A DNA stretch of 64,000 nucleotides, from NCBI RefSeq assembly GCF_026571515.1, contig NW_026864182.1:372001-436000 (forward strand). The letters run 5' to 3'. The position numbers and the translations under genes were made by a program. A model generated the notes under the pieces. That model was given only the letters and a program-made list of their open reading frames with translations. It ran no database searches and had not been told where the DNA came from. Each line of letters starts with the position of its first letter. The stretch's first letter is position 1. This document shows positions 1 to 13,605 of this stretch, in pieces. This DNA comes from Ruditapes philippinarum (Eukaryota).

Positions 1-100
1 ATACGCAATATAATTACAATAAAATGCTAAAAAGGATGAAGCTTTTTTAGAAATTCTCTCCTTGGAATGAAACGATTGTCATTAATGATAACATTTAAAT

Positions 101-278
101 GAGCCGCGTCACGACAAAACCATCGTAATGCGTTTGCGACCAGCATGGATCCAGACCAGCCTGCGCATCCGCGCAGTCTGATCAGGATACATGCTGTTCG
201 CTTACCAACCCTATTACAAGTAGAGAAACTGATAGCGAACAGCATGGATCCTGATCAGACTACGCGGATGCGCGGCTC
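101..278. mobile_element. Fold-back MITE family A, copy 1 (right arm deleted)
   Basis: GAGCCGCGTCACGACAAAACC...GCGGCTC termini; matches the other eight copies. Confidence 0.9.
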
Positions 279-1224
279 ATATGTAAACAAAATGTTGTAT
301 GATTGTAATTTTTAAATTTCAATATTAAATGTACAAAATTTATCAAAATACAAAAATGATCAAAATGAAAAATAACGAAATCCATATAAACATTAAGACA
401 ATTATTTACATTAAGTGAAATTTGAAACTTTACTGTAATATTTTCAGTATTGCTTCATTCCGGGTATCAAAGTATACACAAAATTGATAGAAACATGATC
501 TGTATTTAAGTGTAACATGTTTACTATTTGTGTTGTAATTTGGTGTTTAAAATACATTTTGTTCGGATTTTCATTGCTAGTCAAACATTACAACTTCGTT
601 TGTGTATGGGAACTTGTCTATTGGAATACATAATGTAATAATATTATGGGTATACCTTCTGCATGTGATGTGTTTTGTAGATGTTTTAAAAAAATGAACT
701 ACGACATTTTATATTTAATGTATTTATCAAAACATGTTTTCGTGTTACATAAGCTGGTGTAAGACTTCGTATGCAGTATGCTTGTTCATTTATTGTACTC
801 GTATGCCATTTTCTGTAAATAAACTTTTCCTCGCATTGTTTATTATTCTAAATTGATCGTTTTGTCCTTATTTCGCAAAAAAACCCAACAAATATATGTT
901 TCGATTATGTTGCAAGTATAATTAGTTTATAATAGACATCAAATACAACTTATCAATCCTTTAATTGATGTTTACACTAGTAACTGATATACAGGAATAT
1001 CTAACTAGCATAATTATATTGAGGTATAAATTGGCGCAACTTGTACAGGTGTTTGTCCTTCCTCCCGACTGACTGACTGCATTCGTTAGTGAAATCTTGT
1101 GGTCAAAATTCAATAGATAATACTTTGATGACAATATAATGTTAGCTTCATTCTTATGTTTTTAGACAATTCTTACATAGTCAAATGTTGTTTTAACAAA
1201 GCACATGTGTAAATTTTTAGCTGC

Positions 1225-1226
<2 letters not shown>

Positions 1227-1258
<32 letters not shown>

Positions 1259-1853
1259 TCTTTATTTAAAGAAGGTTACACATTAAGAACATACAATAAC
1301 AATCATATATATCTTATTTCCAAAGTGGCCTTCTGAAAAAGAAAACAACAACAACAACAACAACAACAACAGGACATTCATAGGTAGAAAAATGAATGTA
1401 TAATATGTAATTTTTAGAATAATACAACTCATATACTTTCGACAGGCACTCAACAATTTTTGTTTAAACATATATGTATATTGCATCATTTGTTCGTTCG
1501 TTCATTCGTTCGTTCATATATATTCAATCATTCATTCACTCACTCATTCATTCATTTGAACATCAAGATATGCTTTGTATTTTTCTTTAAAACATTTAAG
1601 GTTATTAACATTACGAATATTTAAAGGTATATTGTTCCAAATGTTCATGCCATAATAAGAAAATGTGTCTTTAATATAATTTGTTTTAGGTCTTGTCCAT
1701 AATACAATATCTTTCCGTGACCTAGATCTTAAGTTATATATTTTGTTGTCGGATAAAGTCATCAGTTCTGTCATATACGTCGGTGCCATGTTATTTAAAG
1801 TTTTAAAAACAAGCACCGCCGTGTGGTATTTACATCTGTCAAGGAACGGTAAC
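1227..1853 (-). mobile_element. 5'-truncated non-LTR retrotransposon (CR1/L2-group) 3' end
   Basis: Minus-strand ORF VLVFKTLNNMAPTYMTEL...YNLRS...PKTNYIKDTFSYYGMNIWNNIP...FKEKYK is a typical CR1/L2-group ORF2 C-terminus. It is followed by a 3' UTR with AATAAA and a (TAT)n tail. Confidence 0.85.
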
Positions 1854-3111
1854 CTATAATGACCAAATGAAAGCGGTCATCTTCCTATAGTAGTTACTAG
1901 ACAAACATAAGAATATATTGTCCACAATGAGCCACTTAGTTGATTATAGCCATGACATTAAACATCAAAATTGTAAAAAAAGTATAATTGGAACTAAATT
2001 AAATGTCTCTATACAGGTGCAATGCAGTCTAAATAATTGGTAGCTTATGTTTAGTCACCGTGCATATGTGATGTATGACATGTATGATCGGGTACCGAAC
2101 ATGTGTTTTTTGTAGGTCTTCAGACTCTAAATTATATATGAAGTTATCGATCATATTCAATGTTGTGAGATACATGTAGAAGATGAAGTATTTAGTTGTA
2201 ATTCTATGAAATAAAGTATTATATGCTGTAATAATAAAAAAATCCATCTGTTTGCGGGATTTTCTTCAGCAGGATAACGAAAAATGTTAAAATAAGAGTT
2301 CATTTATTAAAAACCTATAGCCCTTCTTCCAATACTTAATTCGAATTTGGCAATGTAAATATGGGGTAAGTAGCTTAAGTTAAAAGTTAATAGTTTCAAA
2401 CTACAGACAGTTACTTCCCTCATTTAATGATTATATTGTGTTTACAGATCTAAAGTAAATTGCACTCAAGAAAACTAATATAAATGAATGAAACGTTCGC
2501 TTGAAATTACACCTGTGTAATTAAAATAAATACAATCAAGACATGTAATATAATATATTGATGTTGTTTGTCATTTAGTTAATAATTTAGATGAGATGAA
2601 ATCGTTTGACAACATTTGATATACATTAAATTGTTGGTAGTAATATATGATATATCCATCGGTCTATATTTATAATACCACCAGCGCTATCTTCGATTCC
2701 CGAACGTTTTTCTTTATTTGCCACACTAGACAAATATTTTACAAAAAGTCATTAATGAGGGTAGTGACAGTACTAAAAATACAAGAATGTTGTAAATATT
2801 GTATCAAATTAATATTGACCGAACATGTACCTGAGAACAAATAAAAAAATTCCTTTTTGTAAGCATATAAACACTTCGGCGCTTTTTGTGAATGGAAAAG
2901 TTACATTTGAATGGGTAAGATGTCATTCGGAATTGATGAAATATGGAAGTGTAATCAACTGTATGATTTCGACGATGATGTCTGCATCATAACCGTATTT
3001 TGTATTTAATACGATAAACTTTCAATCAATCGATCAAATTTATCTTTTGAGCTAAAGAAATGTGTCGATACATCATGATGTGAATATAACAAATCATCGA
3101 GACTTTTATAT

Positions 3112-3346
3112 GAGCCGCGTCACGACAAAACCAACATAATGGGTTTGCGACCAGCATGGATCCAGACCAGCCTGCGCATCCGCGCAGTCTGATCAGGATC
3201 CATGCTGTTCGCTTACAAACCCTATAGCAAGTAGAGAAACTGATAGCGAACAGCATGGATCCTGATCAGACTGCGCGGATGCGCAGGCTGGTCTGGATCC
3301 ATGCTGGTCGCAATCGCACTATGTTGGTTTTGTCGTGACGCGGCTC
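3112..3346. mobile_element. Fold-back MITE family A, copy 2 (full length, 235 bp; Sola-like termini and TSD)
   Basis: ~102-bp inverted arms (3112-3213 and 3245-3346) around a 31-bp spacer. GAG...CTC ends with a 4-bp ATAT target duplication. Confidence 0.92.
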
Positions 3347-4500
3347 ATATCTATATCAAAGATTGGCATACTTTTATATTTATTATGATGGATATGGTTA
3401 GATTTGGTAGTATTCAAAATGAGTTAATCTTCAAAGTTTATTGACACCATGATGTTACACAGTTAGGTCTATTATGGAGATGCACCAGATGCAATAATTA
3501 TGGTCTGTCGAATTAAACATCGGCAGACTAGTGGGTGATTTAAACCAGTTAAACATACAGTATATGTGTTGAGGTAAGGAAATTATTTAGTGTTATTTAA
3601 TATGATAATAATGTGTAAGAAATCACATGCTTTTTTAAAAAATAAACACAAAATTCGCTTTTTTGTTTGTTTTATGTTTTATTATTGTACTATGCACACA
3701 AAGACATATATTTGTTGCAACATGTTCGACAAAATCATTTTGATTTTTTTTAAATAATAAAATATACTAGTAATGCCACCTATATTTGATATAGAATGAA
3801 GGATATAAATCATATTTCACCAATAAATTCTTAATAATTATTCTTTTGGTTAGTAAATACAAATTAAACTTTGATAAAATTTTAACGAGACATCTTAATT
3901 ACACATTGCCGTGTATCAATATTTGTATGTTTATTGTATGTTTAAACATACATGATAATTTCAGTGTACAAAAAGGTTAGTTTTGCCACTTTCTTCTCTT
4001 CAATCAAAATCTTATTCATAGTACATACATACTCGTCTATAAATTAAGAAATTAAATGACTTACAGAGTGTTTCCACCGAATGGCGGCATTCTCAATCAG
4101 AAATGGTATATTTAAAAGTGAAAAAAATGTTTAACTAAACAATTACTTCATCAAATAAAGGAGCAGTGGTTCAATGAAAGGTACCAATTTGATCAAGATG
4201 ACCAATCATTTTTTTATTTGCACTCGTGTAAATATGTATGTATAATAGTGAATGCAAAGTTTATTAAGTTACAGTGATTTTAAGTTTGTGGCCAGATTAG
4301 AAATATTATACGTAATATAACCGATACGATAATTGCGAGAAAAAAGTTGCTTTTTATATATATTTTCAATATGTTTTATATTTTACAGAAACTATATAAA
4401 AGAACAATGATCATATAATACATGTTTCATAATAATCGGAGTAAGATGTCACGGATTAAATCAGATTAATTAGAGAAATACCAACTTCAGAGACCAAACT

Positions 4501-7500
4501 ATGGATGTAAAATCAGCAAACAAGTCTCCGGAAATTAGGAAGCAACCAAAGCAGACAAACCAAAAAACCTTTTCTAAAGAAAGGCATACAAATCATACTC
4601 GTGTAAAGAATAATAAAAAAGCTTCAAAAGAAAGAACACCATGTGTGACCGGACAGCCTTCATTTATCAGAAGTGGGTCTACACAGACTTCACCTATCTC
4701 TGTGGATGCCGTTCCAATATCTTCTACTCCTACTGAAAATATAAACCCTGATATAAAACCTGCGACTACTGATGAATGCACATCAAGAAAACCACCAACT
4801 AAATGTATTCAACGAGAATTCACGTTTACGGGCTATGACATTATGTCCGACGGTTTGTTTATTTACTTTCTTCATTTACACATACCTTGTAGGAACATAA
4901 TTGTTTTTCTTAAAAATGATTAACAAACAAGTTGAAGACTACTGAAAATCCGACGCGAAGAATTAAAATTTACAGCCATATATGCTTATTTATTGCGAAA
5001 CAGCAATTTGTAGACATACAATTAAAAAAGTTTTTAAATCTGTATTTATCTATTGTTGTTTTTTTCAAAGTTGAGCCGAAAAAGGTGATTAAAGAAACTG
5101 CTTTACAGAAAAGAGATCGGGAGAATGTGCAACAGTATATTGCAGCATGCAAACAATTAGGTGTAGTACCATCTTCGTATGTTTCACGGCATATCAACGA
5201 CAAAAATCTGGTTATAAAAAGTCAACCTTTGGGTCAAAAAGGAGCACGGGCACTGTGTGTTTCTCTCGTGCATAATCACATCGTGGAAAAGCTTGACCTT
5301 GAGGAGAATGATATTGGCAGTGAAGGTGCTATAAGTGTTGCCGAAATGTTGGAAGAAAATGTTAACATATCAGAAGTTGTAAGTTCCCACTGTTTATTGT
5401 TTGAACGAAATGCTTCCTCAGATTTTATAGACGTGATTTGAAAAGTTTTATGAATTTATGTCGATGTAACGTAGTTCGTTATCTTGAAACTACAACTACT
5501 AAATTACCCTAAGCTGCATAGTTCATGCATAGTCCGGAATGAAGTGACGTAAAATATGAACATTTTCCTTGATAGCGTTGACCTTGTATTTTAAATGTTT
5601 TTGGTTTGTTTTGTTTTGTTTTGATTCTTCTATTCTAATTGGTGCCATATATATCCTATATTTTTCAATTTCCATGGAATATTTTATGGATGCCCAAACT
5701 TTATTTACGTTTATATTATCCATGTCAAAGTCGGAGATGTTTTATCAAACATTTAGTAGTTATGAGTTTACATAAAATTTTATCTTAATTACTACGATTG
5801 TCATTGTTACTTTCTTTTAAAAGCAAAGTCTAAATGATTGTCATTATTACTTTTTTAAAGCAAATTACACTAATAAAATTTATTTTCTATAACAAAAAAC
5901 ATAAAATGATAATTATAAAAATATATCAGAACATATCTTTTTAAGCGCCTAGCTGGAAACTTAATTGGACCACGAGGGATAGAAGCTCTGTCAAACTTGC
6001 TGAAAGGCGGACGGAAACTTTATTCTCTTGACGTTTCTGGTACATGTAGTATAAGTGATGTTAAACAAAATATAATATTCCCTAATTATTTTTGAAATGT
6101 ATAAAATTATATACAGTCAAGTGAGCGGTACATTTCAATGTTAAATGAACATTATTCATTTATATACAAAAATGTACATATACTTCCTTACTTATGTATT
6201 TCAATAAAAATCACAAAAGAGAAAAATTATCTTATAATGTACTTATTCATTTTGACAAAATCACGCAAAGATAAACTATCTTATGAATTATTGAACATAT
6301 CTTTTTTGAATAAAATCAATCATCTTTATCGAACTTTAGGAAGTGGGATAGACGATAACAACGCGAAAGTCCTAGCTGATTTGATAGAAGTAAGTATTGT
6401 TTTCATAACATTTGAACGGTAATCTTGGAATGAAAATGTTGAAATATATCTTTTGGTTTATATTTTCTATCTTTATTGATTATACATTGTTTACTTTTAA
6501 ACGACTGTAAGCTTAATGTGGCATTATTACTGTCTACAGAAAGGCGGCTCACTGAAAGAACTAAATATCAGTCATAATGGAGCAAGTGAAACCGGTGCTA
6601 TCGATATTGGACGTGCAATAGGTAAATTTTCAAAAGGAAAATCCACATGATACACTGTATATTTAATATATTTATAGTACATGTAGTTTAAAAACCTGAC
6701 AGCAATCATTCTTGACAAGTCTTTTTAGTGATCTTTTACAATGTGTGTTTGCTTTGTTGGGTTATGTCACACCAACACCGTAAATGTCATAATTTTGCGA
6801 CTCTCTAGCTTTACTGGTGGCGGGAGACATCTGGTGACCCTCTGTCCATTTTTTCGAAACCAGTGGGCATCTGAGTAGAACCACCGACGTTCCGTAAGCT
6901 AGTTGGATAAACTAATACCTATCTTCATGAAAAATTAGAATAAATGTAAACAATCTATGTACACTGTACACTTACTTCTTGAAGTCTCCAATATTTCAGA
7001 ACACATTTCTTATCAATGAAAATTTAATTGGATATCAAGTTAATTTATCAATATAAATATGTATGTTAAGTACATTTATCTGTACGTGTATCTGTTATAA
7101 TTATGATTTAAAGTAATTGTGCAGAATACTAATTTTCTACTGTAATCAGCAAGGAATGACACCTTGGAAGACCTGGACATGAGCTGGAATCATATCAGAG
7201 GAAAGGGTGCATTCGCCATTTCTCTTGGCATTAAGGTAAAGAACATCTTCATTTGTATGTGATTTTATTTTTAAATACCAAAGCTTTCCAAGTCTTTTTC
7301 AATACTTGACCAAAACGAAAGGGTATAAGTGTAAAATATACCTATCACTCCATAGGAATGTTTGATAATATTACAAATTTTAATGAATATCAACTCCTTC
7401 TATATCTCAAAAAAGCTCTTAATATTAATGTAATTTTCAATCATCCCTTTGTTTTAGAAAAACGTGGTCTTTTTCTTAAAATTTGCATGGAAAGGTTTTT

Positions 7501-9625
7501 GCAAAAAACTGGGGGCCCAAACCCGGGAAAACTTAGTATAACGAAATTTGGAAATTTGGGCATCTCAAAAAACCCATAGGGATAGATTGGGGTGAAGTGT
7601 CTTAGTCAAGGCCCGCAAAAAAAGAAGGATTAACGAAAATTTAAAATAAATTTAAAAAATGAAAAAATTAGTAAAGAAAACAAGTGATTTTATTTAAAAA
7701 AGTAAATTGTTTTCCGTTAAAAGCATTTGAAATTTTTTTTTTCGATGGGGGTTGATTGAAAAGTTAAAAATTTTTACTTTTTTTTAATCCCCGGGAGCAA
7801 AGACTAAAAAATTTAAAAAGATAAATTTTGTTTTTTAAAATGAAATTTTCCAAAAATTTGTTGTTAAATAAATTTGAAACAAAAAGTTGGGTTAAATTTG
7901 GCTAATTTTTTTAAAAAAAAATTGTTTTTCAGTAAATTAAAAATTTTTGAGAAAAGCAACCCTTAAAGTTAACCAAAGGGTATTGATAAATTTTTTCGTT
8001 TTTGAACCCAAGGGGGGAGAACCTTTCTCTCCGGGGTAGCATTTACAATACTGGGGAGCAATAGAGAGTCAGAGAAAAGGGGTATTAACTATGGGTGGTA
8101 ATTTTCCCTAAGTTAGAAAAATACAATATTTACACATCAAGTATATGTTTTAAAAAATCTAAAGGTGAAATCAAAAAAAAGGCCCCAAAGTGGGGTTAAA
8201 ACCAAAAATAAAAACCCTTCAAATATTTTTTAAAGGGGGTTTTAAATGAAAAAATAAAGCAAAAAAATTTAAAATAATTTTAAAAAAATTATATTGTATT
8301 GCAGTTTTTCCCTTCGCTTTTTATTACATTTGTGTACATGTTGTTGCACACATTAATTTACATTTATCGCAAACTTTTACTTAAACGTTGTCGCACACTT
8401 TTAGTTACAATACATTTTATAGCACACTTTTTGTAACTTATAAGTTTGAATTTTAAGGACATCGTTGTACGACCAGAATTTCTTGACAAATGGGACGAAA
8501 TTAAGCGGAATCGGGCATTACCACTGCGGATTATGTTTGGTCCGGTGATGCAGGCCAAGGCTGCACCAGAAAAGGAAGACGAAGTGATTGACTGGAGAGA
8601 CCCTGTTATGCGCATGTTTAAATTTATGCATGATAAAGGTTATCGGGTTATTGACTTGTTGAAACGACTAGACAAAGATAGGAGTATGAGTGTTGACAGG
8701 CAAGAATTCAAGATAGGACTTGTGGTAACATTGTCTAACAATTTTTTCCCTGATCAATTTTGAATAAGATAAAAAATATATTCAATTCATTTCTTAAATC
8801 AGGTAAATGTACATGCATATAAGGCAAATGTTTGCATGAAGTTATAAAGATAAAAAGTGATGTTTTGCGATTTTCTGTTAAATGTTTTTAATAAAAAAAA
8901 ACTTCTCAAAAGAAGAACAAAAATCTTAAAATTGAATATACTATTATAGCGCATGACTATTCTAGTAATACGCATGGGGAAAAGTTCCATATATACGGTC
9001 ACTGTGTTTATTTTGACAAATTTTACAAATTGTTATATCAATACAGGCTGAAAATATACCTATGACTGAGCACCAGTTAGACCAGGTTGTGACACGTCTA
9101 GATACAGACAAGGATGGGGAAGTAGATATGGGGTAGGTAGCCAGAATAATCGTTGTCATCTTAAACTGAGGTCATATTCTAAATTCAAATATTCAGCCTT
9201 TTTATATGAATAGACGTATGCAGTGATATATTGTTATCCTCTTTATATGATACGTATAGTTTATGCTGTCTTAGTCCCTGCAATTGTTAACATTTCCACT
9301 TTTATAAGACTGATTTATGAAGCTTAATTGACTAAAGAGAACTTTGTAAAATCAACAACTATTCTTATCTTTAGAATTATGATGTGACTATAATTCATTA
9401 TTTTAGCAGCTCATTTTCAACAGAGTGCAGTATGCATATTATAATAAAAATAACAGCAGAAATACATTGCAGGAAAGTATTTTTCTATAATCTATGTGTT
9501 GCAGGGAGCTCATCCGGGGTGAGAGGGACTTCCGGAAGAAGATGAAGGCTCGTATGAGGAAGATGCTGATTACAACAAAACCTGATCCTACTATGGCAAG
9601 ATTGATGGAAATTGACGAAATGTGA
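4501..9625 (+). CDS. LRRC74: LRRC74-like LRR + EF-hand protein, paralog 1 (11 coding exons; exons 7-8 corrupted in this sequence)
   Basis: GT-AG exons with consistent phase: 4501-4852, 5071-5378, 5946-6039, 6340-6389, 6540-6621, 7150-7235, [~7458-7645 and ~8012-8110 frameshifted], 8458-8724, 9047-9132, 9505-9625 (TGA). LRRs include KLDLEENDIGSEGA, LKELNISHNG and LEDLDMSWNHIRGKGA. EF loops are DKDRSMSVDRQE and DTDKDGEVDMGE. Intact internal exon sizes (308, 94, 50, 82, 86, 267, 86) equal those of paralog 2. LRRC74A versus LRRC74B orthology cannot be resolved. Confidence 0.8.
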
Positions 9626-10944
9626 TATTTCTGAAAGTCACTTGGCTTGAATTGATTGGATCTGCATTGAAACTAAATAAAACGATATGAAGTAGATTGC
9701 TTTAAATAATGTTTAGGTGTCAGAGCTGGAATGAGTAAAGTCTCGCCTGACTTAAAAAACTAGTGACGTCAATGTGAATACATATGTAAAATATATATTG
9801 AATCGCTTGAATGTTGGCACATTATTTTCATTTTTCACGTATCTGTCATTCTGCAGTGTGTTTGAATTAGATAGAATTCAGCTTTGAATGCATTATGTTC
9901 ATACCAATTCCATTAGTGATCTGTGCAGTGGAAAGGATTAACATGTAATTTATCCGGAGATTAAGAGAATGTTTAATCACATCTACATTTTTGTCATTAA
10001 AATATTTTGTAATATAATAATGAAAATAAAAATAAGATTGAGACAGTCTTCTTTAATAAATGATTATTGTGTTTAGCTTTAAAGGAGCTACACTGATGTC
10101 CAAAAGTCTAAAAAATAATAGAATTGTAAAATTCTTACATATATCACTGGCGCCATTCAAAGGAAAATTATTACACATGTATAGAAATATACTCGGAATT
10201 GATTCATAAATATATTTTTGTGTGATTCTTAGTCAGGTTTGTGTAAAACAGCGTTCAAACGCTTTTTATTTTTTGGCATTTTGAAACTTCTAAAAAGAAA
10301 AAAGATATAAATATTGTACCCAGTTTGTTGATCGACTATATCGACTCGTGATGTGATGAACGGTAGTTCCATTGCGACCACGCTACTTAATTTAATTTTC
10401 TCCAGAGGGGACCAATAATGTGACATTGGATAATTCAGTCTGTACTATGTCATGCTTTACCAAACTTTTGAGAAAATCCAACATTTGTCTATACAAATGG
10501 ACTAACATCATTTTTAAAATGTGACTGGGCATTTGATTTTTTTAAAAAAGAGATAATAATATAAAAGATTTACTTTAATTAATTCAATTTACTTATTATT
10601 AATTATTGCATCTTCCTTTTAAAGTAAACATATGACTACAAAGATGAAAGTCAATCATATTTACAACATTTGCAGGCACGTGTTATTACCACGGTACCCG
10701 CGTGGACACAATATCAGCAATGAGTACAATAGTCCAAATGAGTATTGTATCCGATTCATTCTACAATATTTTTAAAGTACCAAGATTTTGTTATTTGATA
10801 TGGTTGCAAAATCGAAAGAAAATAAAAAGTATATGTCCATCTACCTTTTTCGTCAAAAATGGGATATATTTCGTAATGTTGACATTTTGTAAACTTTCTC
10901 CGAAAATTGATTACTAGTTAACCTAATAAGGGCTTTAATTAAAA

Positions 10945-11025
10945 GAAAGGCATGCGCATTTTATGGAACAAAAGCGGAAGTGTAAAATATGGTTGAGGTG
11001 AATAGGTATAATTGAGGCTTACAAG
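10945..11025 (+). promoter_or_regulatory. Candidate promoter and non-coding first exon of DNAAF6
   Basis: NRF1-like GCATGCGCA (10950-10958) and ETS CGGAAGT (10975-10981) are followed by donor-like sites (AG/gtataa 11006, AA/gtaaga 11025). The DNAAF6 ATG exon begins at a splice acceptor (18112), which implies an upstream exon. Confidence 0.4.
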
Positions 11026-11689
11026 TAAGATGAAAAGAATAGAAATTACCGTTTGGTGTTCTGAATATCATCCAAGTATCTCTTAAGATTGACCTTGTTT
11101 CAAATTGAAAAATTTAAAAGCCTAATAAAATATATCAAACGCAAAAGGTTAAATTGTCCGATAGAACATCGGAATAATTAGAAATATTATTTTCAGCACT
11201 TTACTGGATAATATTGAAAGGTTTAATTTCTAGCAAAATGTTTTAATAAATTACTTTTTATTCTCCCTTCTGTTCTAAAATTGATTCGATCCCCTTTTGA
11301 TGCCATAACAATATTGGTAACTTTTGCATAGAGCTTTATAGGCCCTATTACTCTTTTTTTATTACACATTTATTTATAAGATTTATAAGATTTCAAGATT
11401 TATTCAATACTGTCATGGTTCATAAGAACATGTGACATCAAATACAATATTGTGAACATGTAACTACCGTAACGCAGACAAATTTACATTTACAGGAGAA
11501 TGAGTGGCACTTATAGTTATATTGTACCCCAAAAATAAAATGAAGATACAGTATGACTAAATTTTTAATAGTAACCGAAATTTTTGCTTCATTAACAAAA
11601 TTCAGGGAGACTAATGATAGGAATATTATATTTATTATTTGCATGTTTCAATTATTCCTTTGCAAAACAAAGCAAGGTAGATTTCAGGT

Positions 11690-12079
11690 TTCAGATTTTA
11701 TTCAATACTGTCATGGTTCATAAGAACATGTGACATAAAATACAAAATTGTGAACATGTAACAACCGGAACACAGAACAAATATACATATATAAACAGAA
11801 GAAATATACATTAATACAGGAGAATGAGTGACAATTATATTGTATCCATAAAATAAAAAAAAGATATGATTAGATTCTTAATAATAACCGGAATTTATGC
11901 TTGAAAAAACAAAATTTCTTGGAGACTAATGATACAATATTATACTTATTATTTGAATGTTGTAATGATTTCTTAACAAAATAGAGTAAAGTTTTTTTTA
12001 TATGTGACTTGTTTTTACTATTCATAAGATCTTCAAATGTCACTGCATTATGATACCTATAACAATACGGTTTGATAAA
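11690..12079 (-). mobile_element. LINE 3' end fragment (second copy 14180-14567; diverged tail copy ~11380-11680)
   Basis: Minus strand reads FIKPYCYRYHNAVTFEDLMNSKNKSHIK, resembling a LINE ORF2 C-terminus. It is followed by a UTR ending in AATAAA plus short (ATCTGAA)-like repeats. Confidence 0.6.
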
Positions 12080-12102
12080 TAGAGGATATTGAATGAGTGT
12101 AG

Positions 12103-13605
12103 TTAAATAGCGAGCTCGACGAGCTGGCCCGAAGGGCCTGCTCGCAAAGCGAGCTTTACGCTAACCAGTACTTGCTAGTGATGGTTTTGAAAACTTTCGT
12201 CCGAAGTACCGAATTGGACACATCGCAACCTTTCGAACTTAAAGATAACGATAAAAACTGAGGAATTCTGACTGAAAACGGATGTCTAGACTGGTCACCC
12301 GCGCACGTCTATGAGAACCATAATTGGACAAGGAACCAGAATAACAGAAGCTGTGTATAAAATATCGAACGACAGTTTTAAAACGGAAAATGTAAAATGA
12401 AAATCGAAGGCGCCATTTTGTTTGGTATATAAAAACAATTTGTTGTCGAATTTTGTTGTGAAAACTATCTAGAATGAAAGAAAATGGTCTCGTGATATAA
12501 TGGTCTCGTGATATAATTCCCCGCATCCGAACTCCAAACAGTGATGTTATTGAGCAATAAAATCACAGTTTGGGATATATTATTTCGATTCCAACACGAC
12601 ATCAACAAATAAATGCTGCCGTACATGATAATTAGCTAAATTGCGCCTGATTTGTTTCCGTACTTATTGTCAGCGCGTCACATTTTTAGTGGTTACGTCA
12701 CGTGTATAATGATTACGTCACATGTCTAAATATAGAACGTCAAACAGTGATTTTATAGCATAATAACACACACTTTCGGTTCTTCTTTGTTCAATAGGGA
12801 AAAATGCGGGTCGTGTTAGAATCAGTCGTTAACGCTGTACAGACGTTTAAAGTATTGTTTACGTGACGTCACAATGTAGCGCCAAACAGCACGTGCAAAA
12901 CAAACAAATCAAGTACGCTATTTTAATGTCGCAAACCGGTGCTAGGGGGCGTGGACGGTAACTTGCACTTTCCAGTACCGTCCATGAACAGGCTCAATCA
13001 AACCGAGCCTGCAGTATTTTCAATTTTGCCGTGTTGGGCTTTCTTTAGGGATTCTGTATTTATCTATTTTAAGTTCTCAATACAGGATTGGAGCAGTACC
13101 TCTAGACGCTTGCAGAAATCATGATCACAAAATAGACAAATATCGTTTTTTTTCGCCGAATTTTACATTTTTCCATGATTATCTTACTTGATTCGGTGTG
13201 AAAATATGAATTAGACCTGTTAAAGTTCATTCCGTTGAGTAAAAAGACAATATTTTAGCATTTTATCATTCAAGCGCCTTGTCCGGTATATACCGGAATA
13301 TGGTATTAAGTGTGGTGCTCCAATCCTTTTTTTAGTCACAGCCTTTAAGTTTTACATTTATTTCACTTTTAATAATCTTTATTTCGCTTGAAAAATTATA
13401 GAAAGAAATAAAATAAACAAAGTTTTATCAACGTTTTCAAAACTCGTTTTTCATTTAACGACAGGGGCGGAGCCATATTTAACACAGTACGTGTGACGTC
13501 ACACGCACTCGTCACTGCATTTGAAATAAAAATGAGCGATTATTTCATACTATTTCACGTTAAAAGTACACCGAGCTCGCTTTGAGGCTTTGCCTTTTTG
13601 GCTTT
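12103..13605 (+). mobile_element. Helentron-associated (HINE/DINE-1-like) non-autonomous element, nested; second copy ~14590-16091
   Basis: Sub-terminal inverted repeats AGCGAGCTCG (12109) and CGAGCTCGCT (13572), an extra hairpin next to the 5' subTIR, a 3' stem-loop AGGC-TTT-GCCT and a T-run. It is inserted at TT inside an element whose uninterrupted copy is at 31488. Confidence 0.55.

Noticed and set aside
27-245. Repeated ORFs MLFAISFSTC...RLRGCAGWSGSML (also at 3026, 43520, 56185, and opposite-frame versions at 39803 and 49308)
   Set aside because: They are translations of the palindromic MITE A. They have no splice context and their ends vary with flanking DNA.
12938-12953. CTCF site (CTAGGGGGCG; also 35585, 36877)
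   Set aside because: Only the 3' half of the motif matches, and it lies within a repeat terminus.
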